Assembly (NCBI GenBank): GCA_964580675.1
Contig: CAZOLI010000014.1
Coordinates: 14,364 to 78,363, forward strand
Direction: 5' to 3'
DNA from: an uncultured Planctomycetia bacterium
GTDB lineage: Bacteria; Planctomycetota; MHYJ01; CAYXQY01
Length of the DNA: 64,000 nucleotides
In this document: one piece after another, positions 58,961 to 64,000 of the stretch
Numbering within the stretch: the first letter of the stretch is position 1
How the letters are laid out: each line of letters starts with the position of its first letter
Program-made: the position numbers and the translations under genes
Notes under the pieces: generated by a model
Told to the model about the DNA's origin: nothing
Database searches by the model: none
What the model saw: only the letters and a program-made list of their open reading frames with translations

Positions 58961-61900
58961 ATGCACAAACCACCTTTCCGGCGCATTTCATCGTCACTCC
59001 TCGTATCCCCCGTACTGATTTTCTTTTGCTTTTTCCTTCAGAATCCCCTCCAGAGCGAGGTTCTTCTGGGGATCGTATCCAGTCGATCGGCCCCGGAAGT
59101 GGCCGCTGGTGCGGAAGAGATAATTAAAAATAGATCTAATGTCGAGGTCCGACTGCGTACCCCGGAGCAGCTCCGTGATCTGTCGGATCAGGAGATCGTC
59201 AACCTCTGGTCTGACGCGGACGCGATCTGTATCGGTGCGGTTTTCGGTCCCGTTGTCCCCCGACTCAACCGTCTTCTAACCGAGCAACCGCCGCCGGAGA
59301 ACGTACCCATCGTCTGTGTGAGCTGTGACATGCGGCTGAATCGCACCTCCCGAATCAACGGGCAATTCGTTCTGAAAAACGTAAAACAGAAAACATACAA
59401 AAAAATAATCCGGAATCCCGGTCCGGAGGATGACCCCGAGTCATTTTTTCGGGATCTCTCCAGGCGGTATCCGGACAGGGCGGAATGGATCAAAGCTCGA
59501 GGGTACTGGCAGAGCCGTGGACAGGAAAACATGGTTCGTTTGATGCGATACCTATTTTACCTGTCGGGCACGGGTAAGAAGCCGGCCCCTCCCGCACCCA
59601 AACCTCCTATCCGTTATTATCGATTCGGAAACATTGTCTCGCAAAATAGCCTCTCCCTGGAAAAAGACAGGCCGGTGGTCGCCATACTCGACCTGGACAC
59701 CGGTGGCCGCACGGGCAATCGACGGATTCATGATCGATTGCAGAAGAACCTGAGAAATCAGAATCTGACCCCCGTTTCCATATTTGCACGGTGGGGTGAT
59801 TCCAGCATAAAAGCTCTTGAAAAGATTCCTTCCGCAATTGAACCCGGGGATCTGTCGGCCATTATAGCTCTCCAGGATTTCACCATCGGAGGAGGACACG
59901 GACAGGAAAAGGCCACGAAAAAACTCAAATCTCTGGATGTCCCCGTTCTGAAAGCCATGAAATTAAACGACCAAACCGTTCGGGAGTGGCGATTGTCTCC
60001 GAAAGGAATTCCGTGGGACCAGCTCCATTACAAAGTGACGATGCCGGAAATGCAGGGCATGAGTCAACCCATCGTTATTGCGGCAAGTGGGAAACCGAAA
60101 ATTCACGGAAAAACCGGAGTTCAGCTCGTAAAACCCCGTGTGATTTCGAAACAGGTTGACCGGCTAACACAACGGACGAAGAACTGGTCCCGGCTCCAGG
60201 AGAAAGAAAACCAGAACAAAAAAGTGGGCATCATCTATTACAACCACCCGCCGGGCCGGCACAACATCGGAGCGGACAACCTGAATGTCGAAGAATCACT
60301 TTTCCAGATTCTTAAACGGTTGAAGAAAGAAGGGTATCAAACCGGACCGTTACCCGAATCACCGGACGCCCTTTTGAACAAAATCCAGAAGCAGGGACTC
60401 AATCTGCCGGAGAACCAGAAAGCACTAACGTCCATGACGTCAAAAGTACCAGGTCTGTCGACGGAGGAGTACAAAAAATGGTTCGCAACTCTTCCACGAA
60501 TAGTGCGGGAGGAGGTTGTAAATGGCCCCCCCGGATATCTCCATCACATGATCCGGAAAACCCTTAAAAGTAATGTTCCGAAATACGGTAAAAAAATTCT
60601 TGATCGGATGACGGGCGACCTGGAACACCTTTTGGAGCACGTGAACCAGGGTGACCACCAGAAGACGCTGAACCGGTTTCATCACCTGATGGATACCTAC
60701 CGGGCTATTCTTGAGGGGGACAAATCGTGGGAACAAGCGGAAAAAGCATATAAATCCTTTTTAAACTCCGAACAAACCGGACTTGGCGGCTGGGGTGCAC
60801 CACCGGGAAAAAGCATGACGGTCAACGGCGAATTTCTGTTTCCCGGAGTGCGTTTTCAAAATGTGTTCATGGGCGTACAGCCCCCGAGAGGTTGGGAAAT
60901 TGACGAAGAACTCCTCCATTCCAATACCACATTTCCCCCAACTCATCAGTACCTGGCGTTTTATCACTGGCTCCGTTCCGAGTTCGAGGCGGATGTACTG
61001 GTCCACGTTGGACGCCACTCCACGTACGAGTGGTTGCCCTGGAAAAAGAACGGACTCTCCGGTCGTGATTATCCGGTTATTGTTTCCGGCCAGCTGCCCG
61101 GGATTTATCCATATATCGTGGACGGGGTTGGGGAAGGACTTACGGCCAAACGCCGGGGCCGTGCGGTGATCGTTGATCACCTGACCCCACCTCTGAAATC
61201 TACGCCGTTGTACAATCGCCTTCTTGAACTGCGACAGCTTGTGGAAACGTATGAATCATCACGGGCGGATCAAGAAGGAGCAGTTCGAGAAAAGGCGATC
61301 GAACGAATACGAAACAAAATTGCGTCCCTGAACATGAAGGAAGAACTGATAAATGAAATGAAAAAGGAGACGGGATCCGATGAAATCAACCTGAAGGAAC
61401 TTCCCGACGACGAACTCGTTCACCGTGTTGGGCATTACCTGACCGAATTGCAGGAGGATTTCATGCCGTCCGGTCTCCACACATTCGGGAAAAAATGGCC
61501 CCGGACGGACGTGGAGATGATGTTAAATTCGATGAGCGACGGGGAAGAATCACCGGATCCGTCCTGGCGGAAAAAACTTGTGGCATCCCCCAAAAATGAA
61601 ATGAGTAAGTTCCTGAACGGGTTAAACGGGAAATTTGTTCCCCCCGGAAAAGGCAATGACCCGATTCGAACACCCGACGTTCTTCCCACGGGCCGAAATT
61701 TTCACTCGATCAACGGACGGATGATGCCAACAAATGTTGCGTATGAACTTGCCGGCTCCCTGGTCAATTCGTCGGGAACCACGCACGCTGAGGACGAACA
61801 GGAAAAAAGGAAAGAATCCGGCGGAGCCGTCGTACTGTGGGCATCTGACACCGTACGGGACAACGGGGTCATGGTGGGATTTGGTCTTCAGCGAATGGGG

Positions 61901-63313
61901 ATAAAACCCGTCTGGAACAGCCGCGGCATCGTGAAAGGGTTAAAGAGGACCTCCCCACCGGACGGCATCCGGCGGGACACTATATTCAACACGTCCGGGT
62001 TGTTCCGGGATATATATCCGAACCTGATCCGGCTGGTGGATCGGGCCGCCCTTCTTGCTCTTGACGGATCCTCGGAAACCATTCGCAACAAATACCCGGC
62101 TCTTCGGCCGGCCCTTGACGCCGCGTTGTCCCGGCTTGGTAACGAATCCAACCACGGCAATGAATCACTGAAGAAAAATCGGGTGGCCCGGAGCTGGGTC
62201 CGGGACGTACGAAAGAACCTGAAAAAGGGAATGCCTCTGAAAAAAGCGGGAATAACCGCGAGCTATCGTGTCTTTGGACCGGCACCGGGAAGTTACGGAG
62301 CGAGTGTCAACAGACTTGTCGAACGCTCCGGCGCCTGGAGTGACCGGCGTCAAATTGTTCGTACGTATCTGAATCGGATGGGGCATGCGTATGGCTCGGG
62401 AATCGAGGGAGCCGAGGCGGAAGACGCCTTTCGGACCTCCCTCAAAAAAATTGATGAAACTTACCTCGGCCGGGCGTCCAACCTTTACGGCCTGATGGAC
62501 AACAATGACGGATACGATTATCTCGGCGGAATGAGCATGGCGATTGAGGAACTTTCCGGTTCCACGCCGAAAAACCGTGTGGTAGATTACGCCCAACCGG
62601 AACACGCCTCCGTTGAGCCCCTCCAGGTTGCGCTGCACAAAGAACTCCGGAGCCGGTACCTCAACCCGAACTGGATCAAACCGCTGATGGATGAGGGATA
62701 CTCCGGGGCCCGCACTATGGGATCAAAATTCGTGGAGTTTCTCTGGGGATGGCAGGTAACAACTCCGCACCTGGTGGAGGACTGGGTGTGGGAGGACGTC
62801 CGGGGAATCTACCTGAAAGATCGGCTCAATCTGGGGCTGGACAAATTTCTGGAAAAGGAAAACAACGTTCACGTCAAAACCAATATGACGGCCATCATGC
62901 TCGTGGCCATTAAAAAAGGATTCTGGGACGCGGATGACCAAACCGTTCAATCGTTATCCCGCCGGTTTGCCCGTCTTGTATCGGAACACGGTTTGCCGGG
63001 AAGCGGACACACGAGTCCGGATCACCCCGTGATGAACTGGATCGAACCCAAACTGCCGGAGGAGTTGAAAAAGAAGTTTGCGGAACGGGTGCAAACGGCC
63101 GGCGGCGAACATCAAACCAAGCGCGAAGACGGCCAATCCTCCCGGAAAAAGGTCACGGAGGTAAAACATACACCGAAGGAGAAAAAGAGAGCGGAACGAA
63201 CAAAGACAGAGAGCACCGGACAGGTATCATGGTATAGGCGGTGGGGGATGATCGTTCTTGTTTTGCTTCTATTAACAGGTGGACTGATTCGTGGAATGCG
63301 AGGAGGTGCCTGA
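58961..63313 (+). CDS. cobN: cobaltochelatase subunit CobN, with a C-terminal hydrophobic helix
   Basis: A 1450-aa CobN/Mg-chelatase-H family protein. The C-terminus is WYRRWGMIVLVLLLLTGGLIRG. The stop overlaps the next start (TGATG). Confidence 0.85.
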   Translation: MHKPPFRRISSSLLVSPVLIFFCFFLQNPLQSEVLLGIVSSRSAPEVAAGAEEIIKNRSNVEVRLRTPEQLRDLSDQEIVNLWSDADAICIGAVFGPVVPRLNRLLTEQPPPENVPIVCVSCDMRLNRTSRINGQFVLKNVKQKTYKKIIRNPGPEDDPESFFRDLSRRYPDRAEWIKARGYWQSRGQENMVRLMRYLFYLSGTGKKPAPPAPKPPIRYYRFGNIVSQNSLSLEKDRPVVAILDLDTGGRTGNRRIHDRLQKNLRNQNLTPVSIFARWGDSSIKALEKIPSAIEPGDLSAIIALQDFTIGGGHGQEKATKKLKSLDVPVLKAMKLNDQTVREWRLSPKGIPWDQLHYKVTMPEMQGMSQPIVIAASGKPKIHGKTGVQLVKPRVISKQVDRLTQRTKNWSRLQEKENQNKKVGIIYYNHPPGRHNIGADNLNVEESLFQILKRLKKEGYQTGPLPESPDALLNKIQKQGLNLPENQKALTSMTSKVPGLSTEEYKKWFATLPRIVREEVVNGPPGYLHHMIRKTLKSNVPKYGKKILDRMTGDLEHLLEHVNQGDHQKTLNRFHHLMDTYRAILEGDKSWEQAEKAYKSFLNSEQTGLGGWGAPPGKSMTVNGEFLFPGVRFQNVFMGVQPPRGWEIDEELLHSNTTFPPTHQYLAFYHWLRSEFEADVLVHVGRHSTYEWLPWKKNGLSGRDYPVIVSGQLPGIYPYIVDGVGEGLTAKRRGRAVIVDHLTPPLKSTPLYNRLLELRQLVETYESSRADQEGAVREKAIERIRNKIASLNMKEELINEMKKETGSDEINLKELPDDELVHRVGHYLTELQEDFMPSGLHTFGKKWPRTDVEMMLNSMSDGEESPDPSWRKKLVASPKNEMSKFLNGLNGKFVPPGKGNDPIRTPDVLPTGRNFHSINGRMMPTNVAYELAGSLVNSSGTTHAEDEQEKRKESGGAVVLWASDTVRDNGVMVGFGLQRMGIKPVWNSRGIVKGLKRTSPPDGIRRDTIFNTSGLFRDIYPNLIRLVDRAALLALDGSSETIRNKYPALRPALDAALSRLGNESNHGNESLKKNRVARSWVRDVRKNLKKGMPLKKAGITASYRVFGPAPGSYGASVNRLVERSGAWSDRRQIVRTYLNRMGHAYGSGIEGAEAEDAFRTSLKKIDETYLGRASNLYGLMDNNDGYDYLGGMSMAIEELSGSTPKNRVVDYAQPEHASVEPLQVALHKELRSRYLNPNWIKPLMDEGYSGARTMGSKFVEFLWGWQVTTPHLVEDWVWEDVRGIYLKDRLNLGLDKFLEKENNVHVKTNMTAIMLVAIKKGFWDADDQTVQSLSRRFARLVSEHGLPGSGHTSPDHPVMNWIEPKLPEELKKKFAERVQTAGGEHQTKREDGQSSRKKVTEVKHTPKEKKRAERTKTESTGQVSWYRRWGMIVLVLLLLTGGLIRGMRGGA

Positions 63314-63759
63314 TGTTCTCGGATGGACTTTTTCAGTACATGCATCGGTTTGTCACATGGCTTGAGTGGCCCGTGGTGGCGGGGCTTATGGTTGTCATTG
63401 CTCTGGCAATCTGGGAAACGGGATGTTCCATCGGGGAGTACGCTCGCGGCCTCGGCCTTCTGGAACGCCGGGACGACGTCAATGAGGTGGAGCAAACCGG
63501 ACGATTGCGCATTGAGAGGGCGGACCTGATTGCACGGGTCGGGCCCATGCTCGGTTTAATGGGAACCCTGATTCCGCTCGGTCCCGGCATCGCGGCTCTC
63601 AGTCAGGGCGACCTGCATACGCTTGCAGCCGCCGTTACCACCGCCTTCGACACCACCGTCATGGGACTTCTGGCGGGGGTGTTCGGTTTCGTGATCGGCC
63701 GGCTTCGTCGACGCTGGTACGATCGGCTTCTGGAACGATTGGAAGGAGCGAGTTCGTAA
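63313..63759 (+). CDS. MotA/TolQ/ExbB-family proton-channel protein
   Basis: Three TM helices. LGLMGTLIPLGPGIAALSQGDL and FDTTVMGLLAGVFGFVI resemble ExbB/TolQ core helices. Confidence 0.6.
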   Translation: MFSDGLFQYMHRFVTWLEWPVVAGLMVVIALAIWETGCSIGEYARGLGLLERRDDVNEVEQTGRLRIERADLIARVGPMLGLMGTLIPLGPGIAALSQGDLHTLAAAVTTAFDTTVMGLLAGVFGFVIGRLRRRWYDRLLERLEGASS

Positions 63760-63796
63760 AACCACAACCTGTGCGAAAAGAAAAAGGAAATTGTAA

Positions 63797-64000
63797 TGGA
63801 AAAACAAAACTGGCGCAGGTCCCGGTTTGACGGAGACGAAATAGTACCGGTGGGTCCGCTGACGAATCTCGTGGACATGATGCTCGTCTTTGCCTGCGGA
63901 TTGATCGCCGCGATTGTCGCCTCGAGTGGCGGGGTAAAACAGAACCTCTCCTCCCGGAACCAGCAATCCGGAGCACCCGAGCAAATTGAGGAACAAAAAC
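63797..64000 (+). CDS. ExbD/TolR-like (DUF2149-like) protein, partial at window end
   Basis: Reads MEKQNWRRSRFDGDEIVPVGPLTNLVDMMLVFACGLIAAIV, which matches the ExbD/TolR N-terminal TM consensus (PLIDVmLVLL). It runs off the window. Confidence 0.5.

Noticed and set aside
1-64000. A scan for CRISPR repeats, IS elements, integrases, reverse transcriptases and toxin-antitoxin pairs
   Set aside because: I found no direct-repeat arrays, transposase or integrase-like ORFs, or small paired ORFs. The window looks like core chromosome apart from the decayed glycosylation locus.

Overview
This 64-kb window is a GC-rich (roughly 55-58 percent) bacterial chromosomal region. It has compact operons, a high share of TTG/GTG starts and little Shine-Dalgarno signal. 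The taxon is not determinable by eye; the many secreted repeat proteins, Ser/Thr-kinase signalling and weak SD would fit a Bacteroidota/Rhodothermota/Planctomycetota-like genome. About 45 protein genes and one tRNA-Arg(ACG) are present. I found no rRNA, CRISPR array, transposase or integrase. The content is mostly housekeeping: ssb, ogt, lysC, pabB-like, nadA, lipA, msrB, an E1-beta subunit, NnrE, and Prc-like, ThiF/MoeB and RluA-like genes. There is a late cobalamin-biosynthesis cluster (epimerase-cobT-cobS-cbiA, then cobN). A clear cobalamin riboswitch sits upstream of cobN only. cobN ends in a transmembrane helix and is translationally coupled to ExbB/ExbD-like genes. The observations most worth a second look are: (1) an AhpD-family gene with an in-frame TGA at the second Cys of the NGCxYC motif, followed by a hairpin with an fdhF-like GGUCU loop, a candidate selenoprotein; (2) a 2120-aa single-polypeptide signalling protein (Ser/Thr kinase, STAND NTPase, TPR, GAF, GGDEF, GAF, degenerate sigma54-type AAA+) translationally coupled to a prenyltransferase/squalene-oxidase-repeat lipoprotein, with a second such paralog downstream; (3) a decaying glycosyl-carrier locus next to the tRNA (GT2-GtrA with a +1 frameshift, plus fragmented membrane-protein ORFs with homopolymer tracts); (4) several enzymes that seem to lack catalytic residues (RluA-like HRLD to YPLF, ArfB-like GGQ to GGT, a degenerate MBL-like protein). 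All functional calls are from motif recognition by eye; none was confirmed by database search.
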